Source of the DNA: Chloroflexota bacterium
Lineage (GTDB): Bacteria; Chloroflexota; Dormibacteria; Dormibacterales; Dormibacteraceae
Length of the DNA: 55,224 nucleotides
NCBI GenBank assembly: GCA_005881025.1
Contig: VBFO01000007.1
Location: 1-55,224, forward strand
Reading direction: 5' to 3'
Shown: positions 27,119 to 35,415 of the stretch, one piece after another
Position numbering within the stretch: position 1 is the first letter of the stretch
How the letters are laid out: each line of letters begins with the position of its first letter
Made by a program: the position numbers and the translations under genes
The notes under the pieces: model-generated
Told to the model about the DNA's origin: nothing
What the model saw: the letters and a program-made list of their open reading frames with translations, nothing else
Databases searched by the model: none

Positions 27119-28137
27119 GCGCAACGTTGAACCGAGTCGGTCTGCCCCGCGATGCTTACAAGGGGGCGGCCACCACGCTGTGCGCCGGCTGCGGCCACAA
27201 CTCGATCACCAACCACATGATCAAGGCGCTGTACGAGCTGGGGATCGAGCCGCACCTGCTCGCGAAGATGTCGGGCATCGGCTGCTCGTCGAAGACGCCT
27301 GCCTACTTCGTCGAGACCGCCCACGGGTTCAACGGAGTCCACGGCCGCATGCCGTCCCTGACGACCGGCGCGCAGCTCGCCAACCGGCAGCTGATCATGC
27401 TCGGGGTCTCCGGCGACGGTGACACGGCGTCGATCGGGCTGGGCCAGTTCATGCACATGATCCGGCGGAACATCGACTGCACCTACATCATCGAGGACAA
27501 CGGAACTTACGGCCTGACCAAGGGTCAGTTCTCGGCCACAGCAGACCTCGGCTCGGTCCAGAAGAAGGGTGCAGTGAACACGTTCCAGCCCATCGATCCC
27601 TGCGCGGTCGCATTGGCGCTCGGCTGCTCGTTCGTCGCCCGCTCGTTCAGCGGTGACGGCAAGCAGGTGGTGCCGCTGATCAAGGCGGCCATCGCTCATC
27701 GGGGCACGGCTGTGCTCGACATCATCTCGCCCTGCGTGACGTTCAACGACCACGACGGGTCGACCAAGAGCTACAGCTGGGTCAAGGACCACGAAGAGTC
27801 GATCGCGGACGTCTCCTTCATCCCCTTCTTCGAAGAGGTTCACGTGGACTACGAGCCCGGGACTGTGCGCGACGTGACGCTGCACGACGGCTCCCACATC
27901 CTGCTCAAGAAGCTGGGCGAGGACCACGATCCCAACGACCGGCGCGCCGCCATGCACGTGATCGAAGAGGGACGCGCGGCCGGTCACCTCGTGACTGGTC
28001 TGCTCTACGTGGACCCCGACAGCGATGACTTCGCCACGACCGAGCACATCCCCTCCACCCCGCTCAAGGACCTCGCTGAAGGCCAGCTCCGGCTGACGCA
28101 AGACGAGTTCGCGCAGTTCATGTCGGAGTTCGCCTGA
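27115..28137 (+). CDS. korB: 2-oxoacid:ferredoxin oxidoreductase subunit beta (TPP-binding)
   Basis: CAGCGHNSI and GVSGDGDTASIGLGQFMHMIRRNIDCTYIIEDNGTYGLTKGQ. 4-nt overlap with korA. Confidence 0.85.
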   Translation: MSATLNRVGLPRDAYKGAATTLCAGCGHNSITNHMIKALYELGIEPHLLAKMSGIGCSSKTPAYFVETAHGFNGVHGRMPSLTTGAQLANRQLIMLGVSGDGDTASIGLGQFMHMIRRNIDCTYIIEDNGTYGLTKGQFSATADLGSVQKKGAVNTFQPIDPCAVALALGCSFVARSFSGDGKQVVPLIKAAIAHRGTAVLDIISPCVTFNDHDGSTKSYSWVKDHEESIADVSFIPFFEEVHVDYEPGTVRDVTLHDGSHILLKKLGEDHDPNDRRAAMHVIEEGRAAGHLVTGLLYVDPDSDDFATTEHIPSTPLKDLAEGQLRLTQDEFAQFMSEFA

Positions 28138-28193
28138 CACCACCGGCCGACCCGCCGGCGACTCCCCAGCAGCTGGCCAAAGGCGCGCGCCTG

Positions 28194-28778
28194 GTGGCCC
28201 GTCGCGACCCGGCGATGGCGAGGCTCATCAAGCGCGCCGGGCCCATCGAGCTGCGGGATCCGCTGGAGGACAGCTTCGCAGCCCTCGTCCGGTCGGTGAT
28301 GTACCAGCAGCTCGCCGGCGCTGCAGCCTCAGCGATCCACGGCCGCTTTTTGAAGCTCTTCACCGGCGCCCTCTCCCCTGCCGCCGTGCTCGCCCTTCCT
28401 GAGGGCGCGATGCGATCCGCCGGCGTGAGCGGTCCGAAGGTCGCCGCGATCACCGACCTCGCGCAGAAGATCAGCGACGGGACGGTCCCCGTCCATGACC
28501 TCGATGGGCTGACCGACGACGAGCTCGTGGCCCGGCTGGTCCAGGTCCGCGGTATCGGGCGCTGGACGGCGGAGATGTTCCTGATCTTCCAGCTCCGCCG
28601 CCTGGACGTCTGGCCCGTTGACGACTACGGCGTCCGCAAAGGCTGGGCGCTGGCGCACCGGCTGAAGGAGCCGCCCCCACCAAAGTTGCTCCAGGGCCAG
28701 GGTGACCAGTTCAGGCCTTACAGGACGGTGGCCGCGTGGTACTGCTGGAGGGCGGTGGACACGGTTCTCCCGACGTGA
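28194..28778 (+). CDS. HhH-GPD DNA glycosylase (AlkA / 3-methyladenine glycosylase II-like, short form)
   Basis: VRGIGRWTAEMFLIFQLRRLDVWPVDDYGVRKG (HhH plus a catalytic Asp region). The frame is open upstream of the GTG at 28194, so the start is uncertain. Confidence 0.75.
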   Translation: MARRDPAMARLIKRAGPIELRDPLEDSFAALVRSVMYQQLAGAAASAIHGRFLKLFTGALSPAAVLALPEGAMRSAGVSGPKVAAITDLAQKISDGTVPVHDLDGLTDDELVARLVQVRGIGRWTAEMFLIFQLRRLDVWPVDDYGVRKGWALAHRLKEPPPPKLLQGQGDQFRPYRTVAAWYCWRAVDTVLPT

Positions 28779-28782
28779 TGCC

Positions 28783-29448
28783 CTAGCGGGCATACCGGCG
28801 CCGCAGCTTCTCGATCTCTGAGTCGGTCATCGGCTTCCAGCCATAAGAGTCGAGGAACGCCCGTGCGTGGCCGGGGCCGTAGTTGTACTGCAGGGTCCAG
28901 ACGCCCGCGGCCAGGTCGACCTGCGGATCGCCCAGGCCGGCGCCTCCGACGTCGACCAGTGCTGAGAGCTCGCCGTCCTCGACGAGCACGTTGGGCAGGC
29001 AGTAGTCGCCGTGCACGAGCACATGGCCCGGCCCGGCCTCCCCGAACGGACAGCCGGTCCCATCGGTCGAGTGCAGCCCGCGCAGGATCTCGCCCAGCCG
29101 GGCGGCCATCGCCTCGGGCGTCCAGGGTATCGACCTGTCGTTGAGCGGCTGTCCACGCACCGCATGAGTGAGCAGCCAATCATCACCAAAGCCGTGGAAG
29201 AGCCCGATAAGCTGGGGAACGGGCCAGCGCCCACCCAGCCAGGCGAGCCTGTCCCGCTCGCCCTCCAGGTGGGCGGCGCGCTTGACATAGACGACACGCG
29301 TCTTGCCCTCCAGCCTCCAAACCGTTCCAGCCCAGCTCATCCACGCGAACTCATGACGCAGGTCGTCGCCGCCCAGCGCTTCTCGAACCGCTGCTCTCAC
29401 GACGTCGGGCATTCGCAGGCCGGTTGCCTCGTCTTTCACGCCGCTCAA
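28783..29448 (-). CDS. Aminoglycoside-phosphotransferase (APH) family kinase
   Basis: Brenner/APH motifs VLVHGDYCLPNVLVEDGELSALVDVGGAGLGDPQVDLA. Short (221 aa), and the substrate is unknown. Confidence 0.7.
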   Translation of the reverse strand: MSGVKDEATGLRMPDVVRAAVREALGGDDLRHEFAWMSWAGTVWRLEGKTRVVYVKRAAHLEGERDRLAWLGGRWPVPQLIGLFHGFGDDWLLTHAVRGQPLNDRSIPWTPEAMAARLGEILRGLHSTDGTGCPFGEAGPGHVLVHGDYCLPNVLVEDGELSALVDVGGAGLGDPQVDLAAGVWTLQYNYGPGHARAFLDSYGWKPMTDSEIEKLRRRYAR

Positions 29449-29504
29449 TCATCCAGTAGCATTGGCGCGGTCGCGACGCCTGGCGACTTTTGGGGGTGTG
29501 GTGA

Positions 29505-31205
29505 ATGGCAGTTCGACTACCCGAATCACCCGACGCGTTCAGCGAGGCCGTCTGGGACGACATCCGTCCTTATTACGAGGAGCTCGTCGAGCGCCCTCTC
29601 GATCGGGGAAACGTCGAGGAGTGGCTTTCCGACTGGTCCCAGCTCGACTCGCTGCTGTCCGAGGCGAGCGCTCTGGCCAGCTTCGCCTACACGTGCGATA
29701 CCGCCGACCCGGAGCGTGAGGCGGCACAACTGCGTCTTGGAAGCGAGATCGGGCCGAAGGCTCATCATCAGCGATCGCTGCTGCAGCGGCGTCTGGTGGA
29801 CCTGGACTATGTGAGGCCCGGACTGGAGACGATGGTCCAGCGGTTCGCCAATCAGTCCGAGATCTTCCGCGAGGCCAATGTGCCGCTGTTTGCGCAGCTT
29901 TCGAAGCTCGTTACCGAATGGTCGAAGGTCAACGGCGCGTTGACGGTGGACTGGAACGGCGATGAGAAGACGCCGGCGCAGCTGTTGCCCTATCTCGAGT
30001 CGGCCGACCGCCTCGAGCGCGAGCGGGCCTTCAAGCTTCGCGCCCAGGCTTACCTGCTCAAGCGGGACGTCCTGGTGAGGCTGTTCGATCGCATGTACGA
30101 CCTGCGTCAGGAGGTCGCACACAATGCCGGTTTCGCGAATTACCGCGATTTCGCCCACCGCGAGAAGAATCGCTTCGACTACACGCCGGACGATTGCCTT
30201 CGCTTCCATGCCGCAGTGGAGGAGTCGGTGCTTCCGGCGGTGGAGCGCATCCTGGAAAGGCGCAGACGGGACATGAGGCTTGACCGCCTACGCCCGTGGG
30301 ATACCGCAGTGGACCCCAAGGGCCGACCGCAGCTGAGACCGTTCGCGACCGCCGACGAGCTCGTCAGTCGCAGCGCCGCTGTGCTGGGCCACGTCGACAT
30401 CGATTTCCGGGGCTACGTGAACGCGATGGCCGACGCTGCTCTGCTCGACCTCGAAAACCGGAAAGCCAAAGCCCCTGGTGGCTATTCGTCGAGTCTCAAC
30501 TTCAGGCGGATGCCTCTCATCTTCATGAACGCGGTGGGCATCGACGACGACGTCCGCACGATGTTGCACGAGGCCGGTCACGCCTTCCATACGTTCGAGA
30601 CCTCACATCTGGCGCTCCTCTTCCAGCGCCATCCGGGGGCGGAGATGGCGGAGGTCGCGTCGATGAGCATGGAGCTGCTTTCAGCCCCATTCATCGCCGC
30701 CAAGGACGGCGGCTATTACACCGAGGATGAGGCTCGACGCTCCCGGACAGAGCTGCTGGAGGGGATCATCCTTTTCTTTCCTCATTGCGCGTCCGTTGAT
30801 GCGATGCAGCAGTGGATGTACACGAACCCGGAAGGTCGGGATCCCGACGCGCGTGACCAGAGGTGGCTCGAGCTGCGGAGGCGGTTCGAAGGCGATCGTG
30901 TCGACTGGTCAGGCCTCGACCAGGAGCGGATCGCGCGCTGGTACCAGCAGCCGCACTTCTTCGGCTATCCCTTCTATTACATCGAGTATGGGATCGCTCA
31001 GCTGGGTGCGCTGCAGGTGTGGCGGAACAGCCGGCGCGATCACAAGGACGCTGTGCGGCGATACCGATCGGCGCTCGCGCTCGGCGCGACCAGGAGGCTG
31101 CCTGAGCTGTTCGCGGCGGCGGGCGCACGCCTCATCTTCGACGCTGCCGGTATGCGCGAGCTCGTGGAGTCGGTCGAGGAGGAGCTCGCCCGCCTCGAGG
31201 CCTGA
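29505..31205 (+). CDS. pepF: M3B-family oligoendopeptidase F
   Basis: Zinc motif MLHEAGHAFH. 566 aa with PepF-like length and pattern. Confidence 0.85.
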   Translation: MAVRLPESPDAFSEAVWDDIRPYYEELVERPLDRGNVEEWLSDWSQLDSLLSEASALASFAYTCDTADPEREAAQLRLGSEIGPKAHHQRSLLQRRLVDLDYVRPGLETMVQRFANQSEIFREANVPLFAQLSKLVTEWSKVNGALTVDWNGDEKTPAQLLPYLESADRLERERAFKLRAQAYLLKRDVLVRLFDRMYDLRQEVAHNAGFANYRDFAHREKNRFDYTPDDCLRFHAAVEESVLPAVERILERRRRDMRLDRLRPWDTAVDPKGRPQLRPFATADELVSRSAAVLGHVDIDFRGYVNAMADAALLDLENRKAKAPGGYSSSLNFRRMPLIFMNAVGIDDDVRTMLHEAGHAFHTFETSHLALLFQRHPGAEMAEVASMSMELLSAPFIAAKDGGYYTEDEARRSRTELLEGIILFFPHCASVDAMQQWMYTNPEGRDPDARDQRWLELRRRFEGDRVDWSGLDQERIARWYQQPHFFGYPFYYIEYGIAQLGALQVWRNSRRDHKDAVRRYRSALALGATRRLPELFAAAGARLIFDAAGMRELVESVEEELARLEA

Positions 31206-31218
31206 GCTCTAGCCAGGG

Positions 31219-32175
31219 TCAGGACCCCGTGATGTCCCTCAGGGTCATACGAGGCCCGAAGCGAGGAGCTGACACGCCTTCCAGCATGAGCAGGCGGATC
31301 ACACGGGCTCGGTGCCCGCGGTAGGGCTCGAGCAGCTCGAGCATTCGCTCGTCGGTGGATCTGGAGGTCCCGTCAAATGCAAAACCGACCATGTGCGGCA
31401 GGTGGTAGTCGCCGATGGGGACCGCGTCGGCGTCGCCCAGAGCGACCTGGGCCACCTTGGCGGCGGTCCACGGACCGACGCCGGCGAAAGCTTCCAGTCG
31501 AGAGCGCGCGGAGGCGAGGTCCATGGACGCCGTCTCCTCGAGTCGTTTCGCGCTGCGCGCCGCGCGGATGATCACCTCGGCTCGCCTGCGCTCGATCCCG
31601 AACCGATGAAACGTCCAGTAGGGAGTACGAGCCAGGACCTCAGCTGCGGGAGGCACCCTCATCGGGAACGATCCCGGCGCAGGTGTCCCAAGCGCCATGA
31701 CCAGGGACCGGTAGGAGTGGTGCGCCGCGTCGGTTGGAACCTTCTGCCCGATGACAGTTGGTACAAGCGCCTCGAAGACTCCGAGGGATCTCGGCATCCG
31801 GAGGCCCGGGTGCCGGTGGCGGGCGGACGCCAATGCGCGATGTGCGGGCTGGAATCCAGAGTCGTCGTCGGTCTCACCACAGAGCTCGGGGGCATGCCGC
31901 GCAGCCCACGACGCGCCGGGCCCCCACGCCTCAAGCTCGACCGCGTTTTCGGAATGGTTGAGGTGGAGCGTCGCCGGACCATCCGGAGTCAGGGTCGCCC
32001 GCCACGCTTCCTGGCCTCGCACCTTCTGGCTCGGGCCCGAGCCAAAAGCCATCAGGGTCAGGCCGAGGTCGAGCGGCTTCGATGGACGGAAACGCGCGCT
32101 GACGTCCGGAGCGTCAGCCGCGATCCAGCGGGAGCTCCAGGCTGAAAGTGCTTCCTCTTCCAGGCTCGGACTCAA
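31219..32175 (-). CDS. HhH-GPD DNA glycosylase (3-methyladenine glycosylase 2 family, long form)
   Basis: FAGVGPWTAAKVAQVALGDADAVPIGDYHLPHMVG. The TTG start at 32175 overlaps the histidine-kinase 3' end by 62 nt. No canonical start occurs between it and the ATG at about 32043. Confidence 0.7.
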   Translation of the reverse strand: MSPSLEEEALSAWSSRWIAADAPDVSARFRPSKPLDLGLTLMAFGSGPSQKVRGQEAWRATLTPDGPATLHLNHSENAVELEAWGPGASWAARHAPELCGETDDDSGFQPAHRALASARHRHPGLRMPRSLGVFEALVPTVIGQKVPTDAAHHSYRSLVMALGTPAPGSFPMRVPPAAEVLARTPYWTFHRFGIERRRAEVIIRAARSAKRLEETASMDLASARSRLEAFAGVGPWTAAKVAQVALGDADAVPIGDYHLPHMVGFAFDGTSRSTDERMLELLEPYRGHRARVIRLLMLEGVSAPRFGPRMTLRDITGS

Positions 32176-33883
32176 CTGTCAGGTCACCATCATGCATGCG
32201 CGCGATCTCGCGCGAAAGCCACAGGCCGAGACCCGTTCCGGAGGTGTGTGCTGTCGCCTTGCTCTCGATGCGACCGAAACGTTTGAACAGCCGCGGCTGG
32301 TCCTCACTGGCGATGCCGATGCCATCGTCGATCACCGACAGCGTCGCCTGAGTGCCGTTGGGCTTGATCCGAACCAGGACTCGAGCCCCGGACGGTGAGT
32401 ACTTCACCGCATTGCTCACGAGGTTCCTGACCACCATCTGGAACCGGTCTGGGTCCACGTCTGCCCATACGGGCCGCGGCGGCATCTCCACCTTCAGCTC
32501 ATGGTCGGAGAGCAGGGGCCGAAGATTTTCGATGGCAGCGTGCGTGAGCTCCGTGATATCGCTCCGCTCCTTCTTGAGTGCCATGCGGCCGTCCTCCAGA
32601 CGCGAGGCCTCGATCATCTGCTCGAGCAACGAGGTGACCTCATCCGACTTGGCGATCAGCAATGGCAGCACCGACTTCGTCTTTGAGGGCAGATCGCCAA
32701 GCGAGCCGGCCGCGATCATCGTCAGGTAGCCCTTGATGACCGTCATCGGTCCGCGCAGCTCGTGCGATGCGATGTTCAAGAACTCGGACTTGGCTTTCTC
32801 GAGGGCCGCGAGCCGGTCTGTCAGGGATACCCGGTCCAGGCCCGCGGTGATGCTGCCTGCGTACTGCCGAAGCCGGAACACCTCGTCCTGCCCGAACAGC
32901 GGGGTGAAAGGTCCGGCGACGATCGTCATCGAACCCCTGCCCTGCTCGAGCTCAAGCGGCAAGACGAGGGTCGAGTGACTTGCCGGCGCATGCGCTGCAT
33001 GCTGGGCCGCCTCTTCGACGGTGATCCCGCGCGCGACCAGGATCGACCCGTCTGAGTCGACGATGAAAGCACCGGCACCCCCGACCAGGCGCGTCGACCA
33101 CTCGAGCGCCCTTTCTGCGAGCGAGGCGCGATCGGGGCTGTAGAGAAGGAGGTCATGCAGGGCACGCCTGAACTCGTCCTCCTCGGGCTGGCTCCAGAGC
33201 CGGCGAAGCCACACCGGCGGAGAGAAGCTCGCGTAGAGAAGAGGCACGACAAGCAGCGCGACGATGTCCGTGGCAAATACCACGCCTTCGTTTTGAGTGA
33301 TGGAGCTCGCGACCGTGCCGACTACGACCACAACGATCAGGCCGGCGTATCCGAGGCTGAGCGCGCGGAGCCGAGAGCCCTCCACCGCCGGCCGGCCGAT
33401 CGACGCCCTGCCCAGCCTGAAGATTGGCTCCGCGACACAGACAATCCACGTCGCCACGACCGCCGACAGCGCCACCACCTGGAATGGCGTGTGTACGACA
33501 CCGGGGTCGGATGGCAGTCCGGCGACGATCCCTACGGCTCCGACGATCGCGATGCCGACCGTGATGATCGCTCGAGCGGAGGCGCCGAGCGGGATGAGCG
33601 AGTCTCGAAAGAGGAGCAGGAAGTAGCCCGAGAACAGGAAGATCACCAGCGCAACGTCCGTGATCACCTGGGGGCCGACTCCAAAGTGCCCGGCGTTCGG
33701 CCCGATGAGGACGACCAGGGCCAGGAAGACAAGGGCCAGGACCAGGTACGTTCGCTGCGCGTCGCGGTGCCGGACCCAGTCGGCCAGGGTGGCCAGCGCC
33801 AGCAACCCGAACGCGACCTGGATCGCAACGCTCAGGTCCTGGAGCATGACGGTCATCCGCAGGAGGATACTCGATGACGACAT
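32114..33883 (-). CDS. Sensor histidine kinase with a multi-TM N-terminal domain
   Basis: H-box SHELRGPMTVIKGY, N-box LVSNAVKYSP, G1 DDGIGI, G2 GTGLGLWL. The N-terminal 270 or so aa form about 6-7 TM helices. Start is the ATG at 33883 or 33856. The longer ORF to 34048 overlaps the ChrB-like gene. Confidence 0.8.
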   Translation of the reverse strand: MSSSSILLRMTVMLQDLSVAIQVAFGLLALATLADWVRHRDAQRTYLVLALVFLALVVLIGPNAGHFGVGPQVITDVALVIFLFSGYFLLLFRDSLIPLGASARAIITVGIAIVGAVGIVAGLPSDPGVVHTPFQVVALSAVVATWIVCVAEPIFRLGRASIGRPAVEGSRLRALSLGYAGLIVVVVVGTVASSITQNEGVVFATDIVALLVVPLLYASFSPPVWLRRLWSQPEEDEFRRALHDLLLYSPDRASLAERALEWSTRLVGGAGAFIVDSDGSILVARGITVEEAAQHAAHAPASHSTLVLPLELEQGRGSMTIVAGPFTPLFGQDEVFRLRQYAGSITAGLDRVSLTDRLAALEKAKSEFLNIASHELRGPMTVIKGYLTMIAAGSLGDLPSKTKSVLPLLIAKSDEVTSLLEQMIEASRLEDGRMALKKERSDITELTHAAIENLRPLLSDHELKVEMPPRPVWADVDPDRFQMVVRNLVSNAVKYSPSGARVLVRIKPNGTQATLSVIDDGIGIASEDQPRLFKRFGRIESKATAHTSGTGLGLWLSREIARMHDGDLTVESEPGRGSTFSLELPLDRG

Positions 33884-33905
33884 TCCGACGACAGGGGTAG
33901 AAGAA

Positions 33906-34355
33906 ATGAGGTGGGTGACTCGAAAGAACGCCAGCGTGGACCGGATCGCGTGTCCATGGCTGATCAAAAGATTCGTCGACCCTGAGGCCGAGTTCCTGTA
34001 CGTGCCCGTCGGTGAGGTGGCGTCAGCGGCTGAACGGCAGGGCGCCATCCCCTACGACGTGAGCGGGGCGGAGCTCGGCCACGTCGACGGCAGGTGCAGC
34101 TTCGAGTCGGTGATCCTGAAGTACAACCTGAAGGACCCGGCGCTGGACCGGCTGGCGATGATCGTGCATGGGGCCGACGTGACGGCCGACGTGAACATCA
34201 CGCCGGAGGCAGCGGGTCTCAAAGCGATCGCGCATGGCTTCGCGATGGTCCATGGCGACAACGACAAGCTCAAGATCGAGCTGGAGACGCCCCTCTACGA
34301 CGCGCTCTATGCGTGGTGCCAGCACGAGGTGGGCCGGGTCAAGCAGCCTGCCTGA
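33906..34355 (+). CDS. ChrB C-terminal-domain protein (chromate-resistance-associated)
   Basis: 149 aa from the ATG at 33906: MRWVTRKNASVDRIACPWLIKRFVDPEAEFLYVP..., which is characteristic of the ChrB C-terminal domain. Confidence 0.7.
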   Translation: MRWVTRKNASVDRIACPWLIKRFVDPEAEFLYVPVGEVASAAERQGAIPYDVSGAELGHVDGRCSFESVILKYNLKDPALDRLAMIVHGADVTADVNITPEAAGLKAIAHGFAMVHGDNDKLKIELETPLYDALYAWCQHEVGRVKQPA

Positions 34356-34570
34356 ACGCGTTGTATCAAGCACCAGCCGAAGTACAGGTGGAAGGCGTCA
34401 ACCCCTTGCCGGACTCGACGTGGTCCGTACTCCCGCCTGCCGGTGCGGCGGCCTGATCTAAATCCCTGACTCCGCCTGTTGGACGCTTCAAGCGTCAGTT
34501 GCCATCGGATCGGGGGGAATGAGAACCAGATGCCACCCCCCTCGGGGATTTGCGGAGGTCGCCAGCACGA

Positions 34571-34619
34571 CTGACTCTGGATCAGAAGGTTGAAGGTTCG
34601 AATCCTTCCTCCCCAGCCA
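34571..34619 (+). repeat. Partial tRNA-Gln (positions 27-75, anticodon stem to CCA), att-like remnant
   Basis: Exact reverse complement of 36772..36820, the 3' 49 nt of the intact tRNA-Gln. The upstream 26-28 nt cannot form an acceptor or D arm. Confidence 0.85.
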
Positions 34620-34659
34620 CAACGCCGATCAGGGCGAAGATGCCTTCCGTGATGGCGGC

Positions 34660-35157
34660 ATGTATGGCTGGTCGGCAGCGACGTTACCCTCTTGTCGAAT
34701 GAGCAGTTCCTTTCACCTCGGCAACGAATCGTCGTCATACGTCGCGGTTGAGGTATCGGAGCGTCAACATCCGCATACGACTGACTTTTGGGATGCCAAT
34801 TGGGTCGTCTCTACAGTCGAGGTCGCTGCAGGCCCTTGGAGAGGGCGCTACCCGGCGAGCTTGCGCAGTGAAGAGTTCGCAACTTTCCGAGACCAGCTCA
34901 CGCGGTTGTACAACGACACCGGCGCCGGTCCAGCAAAGTTTGACTCCATGGAACCCTGGCTCCGCCTGACAGTCGAGCGAACGGACCGACTTGGTCACAT
35001 TAGCGTGGTCGGTGAAGCGCGGATGGAGCCATTCTTCGATCGCCACAACATCCTGCAGTTCGTGATCGAGCTCGACCAGAGCTTCGTGCCAGAGGCGCTT
35101 CGAGGCCTTGCTGAAATTCTTGAGGAGTTTCCTGTAATTGGCTCGCCGGACGATTAG
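34660..35157 (+). CDS. Hypothetical protein, possibly an immunity-type protein (WapI/DUF5959-like pattern)
   Basis: 165-aa ORF (alternative ATG at 34699). Visibly A/T-richer than its neighbours. Pattern ...DFWDANWVVSTVEVAAGPWRGRY...SLRSEEFATFRDQLTRLY...MEPWLRLTVER...VIELDQSFVPEALRGL resembles immunity proteins of polymorphic toxin systems. This comes from memory, not from a search. Confidence 0.45.
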   Translation: MYGWSAATLPSCRMSSSFHLGNESSSYVAVEVSERQHPHTTDFWDANWVVSTVEVAAGPWRGRYPASLRSEEFATFRDQLTRLYNDTGAGPAKFDSMEPWLRLTVERTDRLGHISVVGEARMEPFFDRHNILQFVIELDQSFVPEALRGLAEILEEFPVIGSPDD

Positions 35158-35299
35158 ACGAGCGCGCCTATGGGTGCCCCTCTCGATTCCGGGGAGTTTC
35201 GGTGGCGGAGCCGCCCGGCAGCACCTCAACCCGGCGATCCGATGGCAACTACTCCGCAGCTGATCACACGAGGTTCAGTCGAGTTTCGGTGGCTGCGAG

Positions 35300-35371
35300 G
35301 TTCTGAAACCGAGCCCCTAAAGTCCAAGACTCGAATACAAAATCTGGACTCTAGGGGTCGAAGTTCAGAAC
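35300..35371. repeat. Long imperfect inverted repeat (about 27-bp arms, A/T-rich 16-nt loop)
   Basis: gttctgaaaccgagcccctaaagtcca ... tctggactctaggggtcgaagttcagaac. Confidence 0.6.
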
Positions 35372-35372
35372 A

Positions 35373-35415
35373 GTGGCTGGCGGTCTGAAGTGGCTGGGGC
35401 CTGAGGTGGCTGGGG
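35373..35415. repeat. Three tandem GTGGCTGG(GG) units (period 16-17 nt) at the left flank of the IS
   Basis: gtggctggcggtctgaa / gtggctggggcctgag / gtggctgggg. GTGGCTGGGG is the complement of the tRNA-Gln 3' end CCCCAGCCA(C). Confidence 0.6.

Noticed and set aside
28783-29448. Calling the APH-family kinase an aminoglycoside resistance gene.
   Set aside because: Only the generic kinase motifs are visible, and the protein is shorter than typical APH(3') enzymes. There is no mobile context. The substrate cannot be inferred.
34363-34390. An 11-nt match (CAGCCGAAGTA) to the IS481 subterminal repeat downstream of the ChrB-like gene.
   Set aside because: A single 11-mer match is expected by chance at this window size and base composition. 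No flanking similarity is present.
34543-34619. A second complete tRNA gene on the plus strand. The length of about 77 nt is right.
   Set aside because: Only the 3' 49 nt match tRNA-Gln. The 5' 28 nt give at best 5 of 7 acceptor pairs and no D-arm, so it is a fragment.
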